64,000 nucleotides of DNA, from positions 1,456,473 through 1,520,472 of the forward strand of contig JAWQFM010000003.1 of NCBI GenBank assembly GCA_033442325.1, in the 5' to 3' direction. This document shows, in pieces, positions 1 through 19,300 of this stretch. Every line of letters begins with the position of its first letter. Within the stretch, counting starts at the first letter, position 1. Position numbers and translations under genes: made by a program. The notes under the pieces were generated by a model. It saw nothing but the letters and a program-made list of their open reading frames with translations, searched no databases and was not told the DNA's origin. The DNA comes from Salpingoeca rosetta. Taxonomy: Eukaryota > Protista > Choanoflagellata.

Positions 1-6188
<6,188 letters not shown>

Positions 6189-7226
6189 GGCGACGGTGCT
6201 GGCGCGTGTGCGTGCTCGGCGTCAGACACCACCTCGCTGCCTACGGAACTGGCTCGCGACCTGGTTCCAAACACGGCTCTGAAGCGGATGTGATTTGGTT
6301 CACACCTCTCTTCTGCTGATGCGTGTGGATGTGCGTGTGCACTGTTCTGTGAGTGCGTCGTGCCCTCCCCGCCCCCGCCCCACCTTGCTCCCTTGCTGTC
6401 AACCTTCCTCCCTGCCCTGTCCCTGCTCCTGCTTGTGTGGGAAGGATAGCGAACAAACAAACACACCCACGTTGTCACACCACACCCAAGCAACCCAACG
6501 CCACCACCACCTTGTTTTGCGTGTCGCTGTTGTTGTTGCCAAGAAAAAACAGCAAAACAGCAAAGGGCAAAACAACAGCGCGCAAACTGTTTTGTGTGAC
6601 GTGTGATTTGACGCAAGTGGATAAGCCCTCTCCGTTAAACCCAGCCACGAGACGACGGAGCAACGGAGACAGCACTAGAGCACTAAGACAGGGGAGCCGG
6701 TGCTTGATCTCGCCCCTTCTTTCCCGTTCCCTTGCTGTCTTATGTTTTTTCATGCTGCCTTGAGCTAATATGTTATGTTAACAGTACAAACGGTTCATTG
6801 TTTGCCCACGAGGGCTTCCTGGCGGGGGTGCTGGTAGACATCCGTCGTTGTTACATTACGTGATGGGAGGAACAACCGAAGAAGCAAGCGAGCCAACAAG
6901 TAAAAGGACTGAAGCAACTTGGCTGTAAACGATGGGGGTCAGGGCTCTCTGCGATGTTGGGAAGATAAATCAATCACTCAAGCAAGCAAGTACACACTTG
7001 CCGCCTTGGTACACGATGAAACACCAACGAACACATAGGCACGCACACACAGAACAAGACAACGTTCGCTCTCACGCGACCTCAACACGGAAAGGCATGA
7101 GAACACACACACGTGCGCACGCACGTATACACAAACACACGTATGCACGCACACGCACGCACACACACACACACGTACGAACATAGGCGCACACACGCAC
7201 ACGCACACACGTGCATGCCACGGAGC

Positions 7227-9157
7227 TCAGCTTGAAGGGAAGAGCGAATCGAATCGCTTCTGGTCCATAATGAGACGCATGATAAACCCATGCTGCGTGT
7301 CGTGTCTAAACCACCAGTCCCGCGTGCGCGTCTGCTTGTTCAGCGCAATCGTCAGGTCACGCACAAGCATCGACTCAATCTCAAGGAAGAATTTGCACGT
7401 CTCCGACTCCTCGATGATGGACAGCAGATCCTCAAAGTCCTGCACAAACGGCGTGTAGGGCTCAGGGAAGCCAAAGTCCGACCCTGTTGTTGTTGTTGTT
7501 GTTGTTGTGCGTATGCGTTCGTGTTTTACGTAAGGAAAAGGGCAAGGGCGCGTGTGAGACGCAGCACAGAGATGAAGAACGTGCTGTGCCTCGCCTTGGC
7601 TTGCGGGCACAGGCATGGACATGCACACACACACTCACACATACTCGCGCATACTCGCACGTGCACGCATGCGCATACACACAAACACAGACGTGCACAT
7701 GCACGCAAAGCGACAACGCACGCGTCTCGAAGGAGCGGCTGATGGTGAGGACGATGCGTTCTGGCGACGCCTTGATGCGGTCAATCACCTCCTGGTGCGA
7801 CAGGCTGCCCACGTCCTCGTTGTTGATCTTGAGAATCTGGTCACCAACACGGAGGTCCGCGTGGAGCGCAGCGCTGTTTGGCAGTACCTTCCCCACCATG
7901 GGCGGTACGGACGAGCCATATCCGCCAACGACCGTGAACCCAAAGCTGCCGCTCAGCCGCTGGAACGTCACAATCTCCACGCGACTGGCGACGGCGATAC
8001 ACTTTGGTGTGTGGCGCAGCGCACGCTGGTACTCCTGCACGAGTTGCATGCGCTGTCGTTGGATGGACGTGAGGGCGGCCTTCCTCTCTGTCAGCGTCTG
8101 CGACTCCTGCTGTAGGATGCTCTCGTACGGCTCAAGCGCCAGCTTCGATCCAATGCTCTCAAGGTGCGTCACGTGCGCCAGGTATGCCTTGGACCGCTGG
8201 TTCAGCAGCTGAATGTGCACCGCCGCTTTTGTCAGGTCTGGATAGAGGCGCATCAGATCGTCTCTCGAGTCTGCGAGGGCCGCCTGCTCGTAGCTGTCAC
8301 GCACGTGGCCGTACCGCGCCAGGGCCAGCCGTCGGTGCTGGTCATACACCTGTATAGCGCATGCAAACACGTGGTGAGTTGCATGCGCGCGCTTTGTATG
8401 GTTGTACTTGTGTGTTTGTGTGTCTGTGTGTTTGTGTGCTTGTGTGGGTGTTTGTGTGTGTGTGCTTGCTTGTATGTGTAGACGTGTTTGTATGTGTTTG
8501 TGCGCAGAGCGCTGGAGGGGGGTCGATGGTGGAATCACGAACACGTTCGCGTGCACTTGTGCACCAGTTTTGGCGTACAATGAGGTCGTCGCGAAGGGTG
8601 CGAGTTGTCACGGAGATGAGGTGCCTCAGGTCTGCAACTGAACGCGAGTATGAACACATGCACGTTGCCCCGATGAGTCCTGTGTGAACAGACAGGGTAC
8701 ACGCAGTCACAACCACCCGAGCACACGCACGTATACACATGTACACGTGTACACAAGCATACACACGCAGATACTACACGTACATGGGACACACGCACAA
8801 TGAATTCACCCCGATACCTTCGTAACTCTGCTGCTCAATCTTCGCTTCGAGGTCGCGCTCCAGGACCAGGCGCACGTGGTCTGGGAACTGGCGAACAAGC
8901 TCAACAACCTCCGTGTGGTCGCAGTTGGACACGTCCCGCCCATTCACTTTCACTGCACGGTTCATGATGGGGGGGGGGGGGCAAAGTGCGATTTGAGGTG
9001 GGCGGCAGGGGTGTTACTTGTGAGGGTGAGGAGGCCAAGGGCGGTGGTGGATGAGTTGGAGGAACTGCACTTAAGTGTCGAGCAAGTCGGTGAACAGACG
9101 CAGGAGAGACCGTGCAGCACGGCACACACACACACACACAAAAAAAAAAGAGTACTC

Positions 9158-9197
<40 letters not shown>

Positions 9198-9560
9198 CAA
9201 GCAAATTCAAGGCAACACGCATACCAATCTTGTCGCCGATGCGCACGAGGCCCTCGTTGTCCACAACGCTCCCGCTCTTGAGGTGGCTGACCCGGTAACA
9301 GTCCGTCGCCTCGTCATATGTGATGGCAAACCCATATGTGCCTGATGGCGGGCGCTGGATTGTGAGCTTCAGCCGTGCAGGCTCCGTGCCCACGCGCTGC
9401 TGCTCGCTGTGTGTGCTGGACCCTGTTGCAGAGCACACGGGAGGGGGGACGTGGGTGGGGAGTTGTGGTTGGCGTAAGGTGGCGAGTACATATCATGTAG
9501 AGGGAAGGAAATAATGGTGGATTGCTTCTGCTGACGATGGACCGCGCAGTGACGACAGAC

Positions 9561-9591
<31 letters not shown>

Positions 9592-9602
9592 ATACACACC
9601 CA

Positions 9603-9679
<77 letters not shown>

Positions 9680-11338
9680 GCGCGCGCGCCTACGCACCGT
9701 CTTCGACGTCCATGGTGCGCTCGATGGAGAAGAGGACGAGCTCGCCTCGCGGGACGCGGCTGAGGAGATCCACCAACATCTCGTGGGTCAGGTGCTTCGT
9801 ATCAACGCCGTTGACCGCCAGCAGGTGGTCCCCCGGCTGCAGCTTGCCGTACGCCGGGCTTGTCTTGAACACGGTGTGGATGAGCATCTTCTCTGGGTAC
9901 ATGCCGGCAACCGTGAACCCAAAGCCACCCTCAACAGGGCGCTTCACCTCGTGTGTCAGGTGCACGTGCTTCTCCTTCCGACTTGTCACAGAAGGACTGC
10001 GTGCAGGCAAGCGCGCAGACCGAAGCGACGCGGACTTGCGTGGGGACGGGCTCTTCGACCCGAGCGAGCGGCTGCGCGAATTGCTCCCGCGCGGGTCAAT
10101 GTATGTCGTGCGCTTGTTCAAATGACTGGGGGTTGGTTGTTTCGGTATGTGTGTGTGTGTGTGTGTGTGCGGGGAGGGGGAGGCAGAGTCACGGCGCGTG
10201 GAGGAGCGAGCGGTGGCTTGTGAGCGAGCGGTGGCGTGTGAGCGAGTGTTTGCTCGACCTACACGCAAGCAAGGATCCTAACCACCTGCACATACACCCA
10301 CGCACTTCACATGCAATCACAAAAGCCCGTGCCAGCAAGGCGGTCAACATACTCAATGTAGTAGGTGCCATGTTCCCTGTCGCGCACCACATCCCACCCG
10401 AACGGCAGGTCTGTTTCGCGGTTGTGACGTACACACGCACAGGCGATCACGTGAGTGTGGCAAGTTGACAGCAGACAGGGCAATCAACAGGGTTAGCAAA
10501 GACGAGATAAGCGCCTACCACTTTCGCTCTGACTGGCTAATCGTTCGATGCGCGGGTCTATCATGTGTGTCATCTGCGTATCTCGACTACACGGCAAAGA
10601 ACGGGGAAGGTGTGTGCGTGTGTGTTGGGGGGGGGGGCGGGAGGAAGAGATAGAGTTGTTGAGTGTAGGCGACGAAAGGGGCACACGCATGCGCACGCAA
10701 GCACACTCATGCACGCGCACGCAAGCACACTCATGAACGCGCACGCGCACACTCATGCACTCTCGCTCACCCATACACACCTGCACTCACACACACACAC
10801 CTGCACACACACACACACATACATACGCTTGCATACTCGCATACCCGCCCCTTCATACACGCACGCACTGCCGTCGAGCTTACTTGAAGAAGCATTCTTC
10901 ACCGGAGGATGTGTATCGTATCTCCCAGCCGGGAGGAAGAGGTCCCAGGTCGCGGTCACGCGAGACCTCTCGCTCAAGATCCCATTGCTCAAGATCCGAG
11001 CGCTGCTGTGCAATCTGGCTGATGCCCTTCTCGAGCTGCTCTGGTGCAAGCCCGCCGACGACGGCGCCGTCCTGACTGTCGTCCAGGTCTTGTTCGTCAG
11101 GGTGGTACACGCCGGAGCTGAGGGATCGGCTGCGCTTTCGACCCAGGCTGCGCAGGCTGCTGAGGCTGCGCGACAGGTTCTTTCGCAACCTGCCCAAGGA
11201 CGAGGATCTTGCGCGCGTGGTGCTCTCCTCTCTGTCCTCTGTCCTCCCACGCCTCGTCTTTGTGCTTTTGCTTCGGAGGCGGTTCCACAACCTCGAGAGC
11301 GAGTTACCCCGCTTCATGCTGCTGTCTTTCCTCGGCAT
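7227..11338 (-). CDS. MAGI-like scaffold: two WW domains, three PDZ domains and a coiled coil, no guanylate kinase domain seen
   Basis: WW1 LGPLPPGWEIRYTSSGEECFFN|RDTQMTHMIDPR; WW2 DLPFGWDVVRDREHGTYYI..HLNKRTTYIDPR; PDZ signatures GGFGFTVAG..LQPGDHLLAVNG, GTYGFAIT..RIGDKI..VNG and GSFGFTVVGG..LRVGDQILKIN. Stop at 7227. An additional 5' exon upstream of 11338 is possible. Confidence 0.85.
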
Positions 11339-12093
11339 CTCGAACTCCTTTTGCTTTGATACCGGCTATCGGAGCAAGAGCGCATGCATGCATGTGCGTG
11401 TGTGCGTACGTGTAAAGTGTGCGTGCATGCGTGCGTGTAAAGTGTGCGTGAGTGAGCTCAAGGGGACACTGGCAGACACGTGCGCAACGCACTCGTCAAG
11501 CGACCAATCTGCGAATGGACTCCAGTCAACGGCAGGCACGATACGGGCGCTCAGGCACGCAAGCAAACGCGCGCACACACACACACACACAACTCACACA
11601 CGTACACACAACTCTCTCTCACACACACACACACAACTCACACACGTACACACATACACACATACACAAAGCCAGCTGCACTACGCACTCCGCTTTAGCG
11701 CTGCAGAAGAGATGAAGGTCTGGTGGTGTCTCCTCTCTTGGGTTCAACGACGAGGTTTTTGTGTTCGCCTGCCTCTCTTTGCCTTTGTGAATTTTTTTTT
11801 ATTTTTGTTTGAATGGCGGCCGAAAATGCGTTGGAATCTTGGCTGATTCGCCCGCTTGTTTTGGTTGTGGCATTTTCGTGCCTTAGTTCTTTCGCTTTTT
11901 GACTGGTGAAGGGAACGACAGCGCAAAGGAGGTCGTTGTGTGTTGTGCGAGGAAGAAAAGTTGTTGGTTGTGTGTGTGTGTGTGTGTGTGCAGGTGTGAT
12001 TGCGCTGCTGGTGGAGCACGGCTGCACGGAGGACGGACGGACGGGACAAGGGCACAGGGCAGACGCATCCGCTGCATGAGCTGATCCCCGACC
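11339..12093. promoter_or_regulatory. Putative bidirectional promoter region between the MAGI-like gene and the SH3/PP1-binding gene
   Basis: Divergent start codons about 750 bp apart; no specific motif identified. Confidence 0.4.
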
Positions 12094-14228
12094 ATGACAA
12101 CACCAAAGTTGTTTCGTGCCATCGCAGACTTTTCGTCTGACGATGCAGAGGATCTCCAGTTCCGGGCTGGTGCCACCATCATTGTCACAGATCAAGGCGA
12201 AGGCAAAGAGTCCTGGTGGTAGGTACACTACAAATGCGTGCGTGTGTGCGTACACGTGCGTGTGCATGTGTGTGTGTGCGCACACGTGCGTGTGCATGTG
12301 TGTGTGTGTTCGTGTGTGTTCGTGCGTGTGCATGTGCGTGTGCACATGCATGTGTATATGTGTGCGTGGCGGAACATGCTACGTCCATGCGATTTGCGTG
12401 ACTTGCGTGACTTGCGTGACTGGCGTGACTGGTGTATTGTGCTTATCGCTGACCCATCCCACCACGCACACACAACACACACATGTTTCTTTTATCCCCT
12501 CCCCATCCTTCTAGGGAGGGTGAGCTCGATGGCAAGAAAGGCACCTTCCCCGGCACGTTTGTTGAGCCGCTGTCCAAGTTTGTGAGGCAAATGGGTGCCC
12601 AGGTAAGCATCAACCACTGGCTGCGCTGCAATGCGTCGCGCAGGAGAGCACACAGTCACAGTCACACACACACACATACACGTGTTCACAGAGGTATACA
12701 CGCACAATCACACACGTGTACACGCACACGCACACGTGTACACGCACACGCACACGCGTAAACACACACGCACACGCGTAAACACACACACACGTGTCCA
12801 TGTGCTCACATGATGATTTTCCATGTCTGTGCCTTGCTGAATGCAGGCGTTCAGTGTTGCAGACAAGGACAAGGAAGAGGAGGAGGAGGACGAGGAAGAA
12901 GAGGAAGAACAAGCAGAACAAGGAGAGAAACAGTCACAGCAAATCAGGCAGTTGCAAGCGAGCAGTCCAACCACTGGCCGCGCAGCCCCGCATGGTGCCG
13001 CTAAGCGTGTCAGGTTTGATCTTGGCTCCTCCACAATGTCGGAGACATATGGCAAGTTTGAATACGACCGTAGTGGCGAGTTCAACCCCGACAGATCACA
13101 CCAGGAATGGCTGCTGGAAGAGGTGCGTCGCAGGGAATGCGTTGCAGCCGACACACAGACAGTGCCACGTGCGCGTACATGACTTGTTCCCACCTGTGTT
13201 TTTTTTTTTTTTTTTGAGCTGGACACGACACGACCATGCTTGCCCATGCCTCCAGCCGTCCACTCATCATCATCATCATTATCGCGTGTTCGCTCCCCAA
13301 TAGGCGGAAGAGAAGCTGCGCATGCTGCGCGACCGCTGGTCATATCTCGAGTCAAAGCTCCCGCGCGGACAGAAGTGCGAGGAACGCATCGCCTATGAAA
13401 GGTCAGTGCACATCTCACACATACATGCTTGCGTGCGCGCGCATGAGCAGGAATGTCAAAGGTGGGCAGAAACGAGACGGTTGCGGCAGTGTGGGTGCGC
13501 CCATGACATACGCTTGCCTTGCTCACACGTGCCTGTTAACGTTGATGGTGAACGTCAGGGAGCAAGAGGAGAAAGAGAGAATACAGAGGGCGGAGGAAGA
13601 GCGGAAGCGACAGCGGCGCCTACAGATGAAGTTGAAGCTGCAACAGGTACACATTCTGCTTGCGACCATGCACGGAGCGCGTATGCTTGCTCGTGCTTGT
13701 GGGCGCACGTGTGCATGTTTATTTGTGGGCGCACGTGCTTTTAAGCGTATGTGTGTGCGTGTGTGCGTGTGTGCGTGTGTGTGCGTGTGCGTGCGATCTG
13801 CCCACGTCGAGTCGAAAGGGCAGCGTGCTCGATGTCAACAGTACTCATGGNNNNNNNNNNNNNNNNNNNNNNNNNNNNNNNNNNNNNNNNNNNNNNNNNN
13901 NNNNNNNNNNNNNNNNNNNNNNNNNNNNNNNNNNNNNNNNNNNNNNNNNNCGCGCAGTGAGCGCTTGCGACGGCTGCAAGAGGCGCGTGCAGCACGCCGC
14001 TCTGGGGAGCAAGGCCAACACGCGGGACTGCCAGGTGCACAGGAGCGAGGGGGCGCTGTTGCTGCAGCACCACAACAGCAGCAGCAGCAGCAGCAACGTG
14101 CTCGCGTGATGTTCCTGCAAGGTGCAGCGAACGACAGGTGTGTGGCTTTGAGTCTTGAAGGAGGAGAGAAGATGTGCTGGCGCGAAAAAGTGATGGTTGA
14201 CACTTCTCCGTGCTCAACAACAAACTTC

Positions 14229-14325
<97 letters not shown>

Positions 14326-14405
14326 TACCCTCTCACTCACATACACACACACGCTCACACACACACGCACACACACACACACACGCACACACACACGCAC
14401 ACGCA

Positions 14406-14437
<32 letters not shown>

Positions 14438-14579
14438 CATATCCAGGGCGCCGCCACCATCGCAGCCCGTGCTGTCACTTGAGCCGACGGACGAGGACGT
14501 GGAGACGGACGATCTGACTGCGACGACGCTCACATTCCACCGCGGGGTATGGTCGCAAGGGCCGCAGACAGAGGCGTGA
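12094..14579 (+). CDS. SH3 domain + neurabin/spinophilin-type PP1-binding module + coiled coil (possibly the 5' part of the downstream PTP gene)
   Basis: MTTPKLFRAIADFSSDDAEDLQFRAGATIIVTDQGEGKESWW|EGELDGKKGTFPGTFVEPL is an SH3 domain. It is followed by an acidic tract, KRVRFDLGSSTMSETYGKFEYDRSGEFNPDRSHQEWLLEE and a charged coiled coil. An N-gap interrupts the gene. TGA at 14577-14579 if unspliced. Confidence 0.8.
13851..13950. other. Assembly gap (100 N)
   Basis: Run of N. Confidence 1.
14229..14323 (+). repeat. (TCTG)n tetranucleotide microsatellite, intronic
   Basis: Directly visible tandem repeat. Confidence 0.95.
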
Positions 14580-15777
14580 TGACACACGCTCCTATGCACA
14601 TAACGCCCAGCCACATCACACACAAACACAGGCACAGACACACAGGCATCACCACATACACCGCTGCACGCATGTACGAGCAGTGTTTGTGTAGTATGGA
14701 TGTGGGTGGGCTTCATACTGCATCCATGGCGTCCTGTTCCCCGTGCGACGGCAACGTGGCCCGCACTTGTCGCTTCTATCACACATCGGGTGCTCCATCC
14801 CCTGTCCACTTTCTGTTCTTGTCGTCGTCTCTCGTGCGTGCGTCTCCCTTTACGTTTTTTTTTTCAACACCGCCACCACTGCAGCCGCGCCATTGTCCCC
14901 CACACCCTGTTCTATTGTCCCTCGTTTCTGACTTTAGGCTTCAGCTGTAATTGCTTGTGCATATATCTGTTTGTCTGTACGTTTGTTTGTGGGGGGTTGC
15001 GAGTGGCATGATCAAGGGTTGTTGTTGACTGGCCCTGCTGTTCGCTTGTTGCGGTCGGTGGTGGTGCAAGCGGGTCGTTGTTGAATATGGCTTTGTAGAT
15101 GAGTTTTGAGTTTGCCCCGCCCCCTTCCCTTTCAGCTGCATTTGTTTTGTTGTTGATTGTCAATGTCCCGACCCCCTCCCCTCCCTCTTTGTTTTCATGT
15201 GCCCTGTTACTGCTGCTGTGCTGTGCTGTGTTCCTACCCCCCCCCCCTCAACCAGCTTCGGTCTTGTTTGGTATTCCTCTGTGTCCTCCCTTGGGGTTGG
15301 GTTTCCTTGCCTGCCTCACTCCACGTCTTCCCTCTTCCCTTCCCCTCCCCCCCCCTTTCCTGCATCTTCTGCCTCTTGCTGGTTGTTCGTTTGCCCGACA
15401 CTATGTGGACGGCGCCACTATTAAACTGGGCGGGGGAGCCAACAATGCACCCATCATAACCTCATTCTTTACTTTCCTTTCCGTTCCGCACAGCGTTTTC
15501 AACCTTGCCTCTCCTCCCCCCGCCCAGGGCCCATATCCACCACCACCACATCCACACACACACCCTCCCCACATCCACACACACACCCTCCCCACATCCA
15601 CACACACACACACACACACACACTCCCCACATCCACACACACACCCACACACACACACACCCACACACACACACACACACGGGCTTGCTGTGTACTGTGG
15701 CGGGGCAGGGCCCAACACGACTTTGAATGTGTGTGATCAGCGAGCAACCACCTCCTTTGTCCTACTTACCCCACTTC

Positions 15778-15854
<77 letters not shown>

Positions 15855-15856
<2 letters not shown>

Positions 15857-16216
15857 CACGGGTTCTGGGCAAGAGAAGGAGGAGGACACGACAGCGCCGG
15901 CTGCAGATGATGCGGGGACACGGGGCGACAGCATCGATGATGACGCAGCGGCTGACACAGCACCAGTCACGCCCGCTGTGAACGGCAGTAACGCGAGCAC
16001 AGCGGCCACGCCTGCCAGCGACACCACGACCGCGACCAACAGCAGCAACACTGATACAGGCGATGGTCGAACGCCGCTCGATGTCGCAATTGATCGACTC
16101 GAGGAGACAATAGCGCAGCTGGCGCGGGAGGACGAGGGCGGCGTGACGGGATTCGCCCGCGAATTCCTCGTGCTCGACCAGCAGGACCACGAGTGAGTGC
16201 GCACACACTGGTGTAT

Positions 16217-16306
<90 letters not shown>

Positions 16307-19300
16307 GATGTGTGTGTGTGGATGTGTGGATGTGTGTGTGTGTGGGGGGGGGGGGAGATGACATGACGAATGTTGTTTTTGTTGAAAAGAGACAAGTGTT
16401 GATTCGTTGTGGCGTATCCTGTGGCGGTGGCTGACCGCTGACGTTTGCCAAAAGTTACGGGCGTTGGATGTGTGTGTGTGTACGTGATTGTGTCAGTGTA
16501 TGCATGCGGCTGTCCTCTTTCATCATGGTATTGACCACGCCCACCACCACTGGCAGAATGTTCCGGCGCCGCAAGACGGAGGCCGGGGAGAAGCGTCGCG
16601 AGCTCAACCGCTACTCGGACATCATTCCATATGATGCAACGCGAGTCATGCTTGGGCCCCAGGACTCATCAGAAAATTACATCAACGCAAGCCACATGCG
16701 GGTACGCAAGGAAGCACGCGTTGTGTGTGCATGTGTGTGCATGTGTGTGCATGTGTGTGCATGTGTGTGCATGTGTGTTGCACCTCTTCCTTTTGCTGTT
16801 TCTCACGCATGTCAACCCAACATCACCTGCATGCCCTCCTCCCTCCCTTCTTACACGCCATCAGAACCTGCTGCCCGGGTCACCGCACTATATCGCTGCG
16901 CAGGGCCCGCTCGAGGGCACCGTCGCACACTTCTGGAAGATGATCGCACAGGTGTGCGCGTGCGTGTGTGTGTGTGTTTTGTGTGTGCGCGCGTGTGTGT
17001 TCGCTGTCGTTGTAACAGTGCCTTTTTTTGACCTGTTGTTCGTGCGGTGTGAGCACATGCCTTTGTAAGCTTCTGCGCGTGGTGCCTGCCTGCTCACGGT
17101 ACTTCCGCCGTTGCTTTTGCCGCTGCAGGAAAAGACGCGTGTGATCATCATGGTGACGAACACAGAGGAGAAGGGGCGACGCAAGTGCGAAAAGTACTGG
17201 CCAGGTGCGTTTTTCCAAGGAGTGTTTTCCTTTTTGCTTGTTTGTGTGCGCGCGTGTGCGTGTGCGCGCGCGCGTTTGCACGTTGCACGCCCACACATGC
17301 ACACGTACAAACGCATGTTACACATGAGCATGCAGCGTTCAGGCTTTGTGTATGTACGCGTGTTTGCTTGTGGGGGCTTGCCTTGCCGTTGAAACAGCAC
17401 CAGATTCACGTCAACTCTCACCTGCTGTGTGGGCATTTCGTCATCAGATCCCGGCCACGTCCTCTCATTCGAGGGCTCGGTCCACGGCCCCGCTGTTCAA
17501 GTGCTCTGCAAGTCCGAAACGCGCGCACAGGCCTGGTGAGCTGCAGTTGTCGTGCACGAGCTCTGCAGTGTGCGTTGGGTTGCGACGAACACACGACAAC
17601 ACAGGAGAACACATCATCAGTGACTGCTTTGCTTGCCATTGTTGTCCTGTTCCTTCTATTCCTTCCATGTAATGCCCACAGCACTCACGCCACCGTCACA
17701 ACACGATCACCACCACCACCACCAACAAATAGGGTGCGTCGCGAGTTTCAAGTGACGCAGGTGCAAGACGGAGAACGGGTGGAGCTGAACGTGTCGCAGC
17801 TGCACTTCACGAGCTGGCCCGACCGCGGTGTACCGCACGACCCCGTCATGTTCCTCAGCTTCCTGCACACGGCCATGGCTGCGCAGAACGCCGCGCACAA
17901 GCAAGCGCTCAGCATGAAGGAGGAGAGCATGCCACCAATAGTCGTGCACTGCAGCGCTGGTGTTGGTCGCACGGGCGTGTTCATCCTCGTCTACTCCATC
18001 CTCACCTACCTCCCATATGTGAACAAGGGCGGGCGGTATGTGCTCAATGTGCGGGAGACAATCCAGCGCATGCGAAAATACAGGCGCTACCTTGTGCAGA
18101 CAGTCGACCAGGTGAGCAACAGAGCGAGCTAACAGGGCCAAACAAGCACGGTCTGTTATAGTGCTAGTGTTGTTGTTTTGTTCGTGTTGTTGCTGCTAGT
18201 GCCGTTGCTTGTTCGCGTGGCTCTGCGTACGCTCCATGCATGTTCACTGTGCTCAATTCTTGTTTCAACTTGATCATTATTATTGCTCTGCCTTGCTTCA
18301 CCTCACCCTCCAACACCACAACGTTCCTGCTGTGTTGCAGTATGTGTTTTGCCACCACACCATCCTGCATGCGACCAAGTTCTATCGTGACGGCAGCAAG
18401 CGTCTCAAGCAGCAGAAGCGAACAACAACAACAACAACCACCGCCGCCGCCGCCACTGCGTCGCCCGCCACAACTGCAGCAGCAGCAGCTGTTGTTTCGT
18501 CCTCGTTGGAGGGCCGTCCCGTCTCTGTTGACGATGGTGCGCCCACACCCCCGTCGTCATCATCGACACCAGCAACAACGCCTGGTGGACACCGCAGATC
18601 ACCGGTCGACGTCTCCGTGGACGCAACGCCCGAAGAAGAACAGGACCAGGAACAGCAACGACAGCAGCAGCAGCAGCGTGCATCGGTTGCGCCGTGGCAC
18701 CACCCTGAGCTGGATCGTCCTCAAGCGGAGGCCGCGATCATGGCCGTTGAGAGCCGCAGTGATGGCCTGTTTCTGTTGTACGGGCACGCCTGTGTTGACG
18801 CAACCAGTAGCGAAGACGCGCGCGTGTCACTCGCCGTGCTTGCAGGCAACGATGTGCATCACATTGAAATCACCCAACACGACAGCGGCTTTGCGCTTGG
18901 CCCGTACGTTGGATAGTGTGTGTGTGTGTGTGAGGTGTGCATGAGAATGTGTGAGCGTGTGTGTGAGCGTGTGTATGTGTCTGCGTGTGTGAGCGTGTGT
19001 GTGTCTGCGTGTGCGAATGTGTGAGTGCGTGTGGAGGTCTCGTTGTGGAAGCATGTTTATGTCTTGTTTGGCGTGTTCAGTCTTGCAACCCAAACTGCAG
19101 CAAGCACCGCTCACGTTGCAGTCCGTGATCCATTGCCATGGCAGGCACACCGCCGAGGACCTTGCATCGTTGGTGCTGCAGCTTGCGCGGGCGGGTATGT
19201 CAGTGCACGTGCCCGCTGCGCTGTCGTTCTTCGTTCCGCACGCGTCCGCCGCACAGGAGGCCGTCATCATTGAGCTGCAGCGGCTGGAGGAGGCGGCCCA

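Noticed and set aside
6535-6541. GTTGCCA RFX X-box half-site upstream of CFAP92
   Set aside because: Plausible for a ciliary gene, but only a half-site within a (GTT)n run; similar words occur elsewhere by chance.
15099-15854. 5' extension of ORF 15099..16196 as the PTP start
   Set aside because: It is in frame, but runs through pyrimidine tracts and (CA)n repeats ending in a clear cag acceptor, so it looks intronic.
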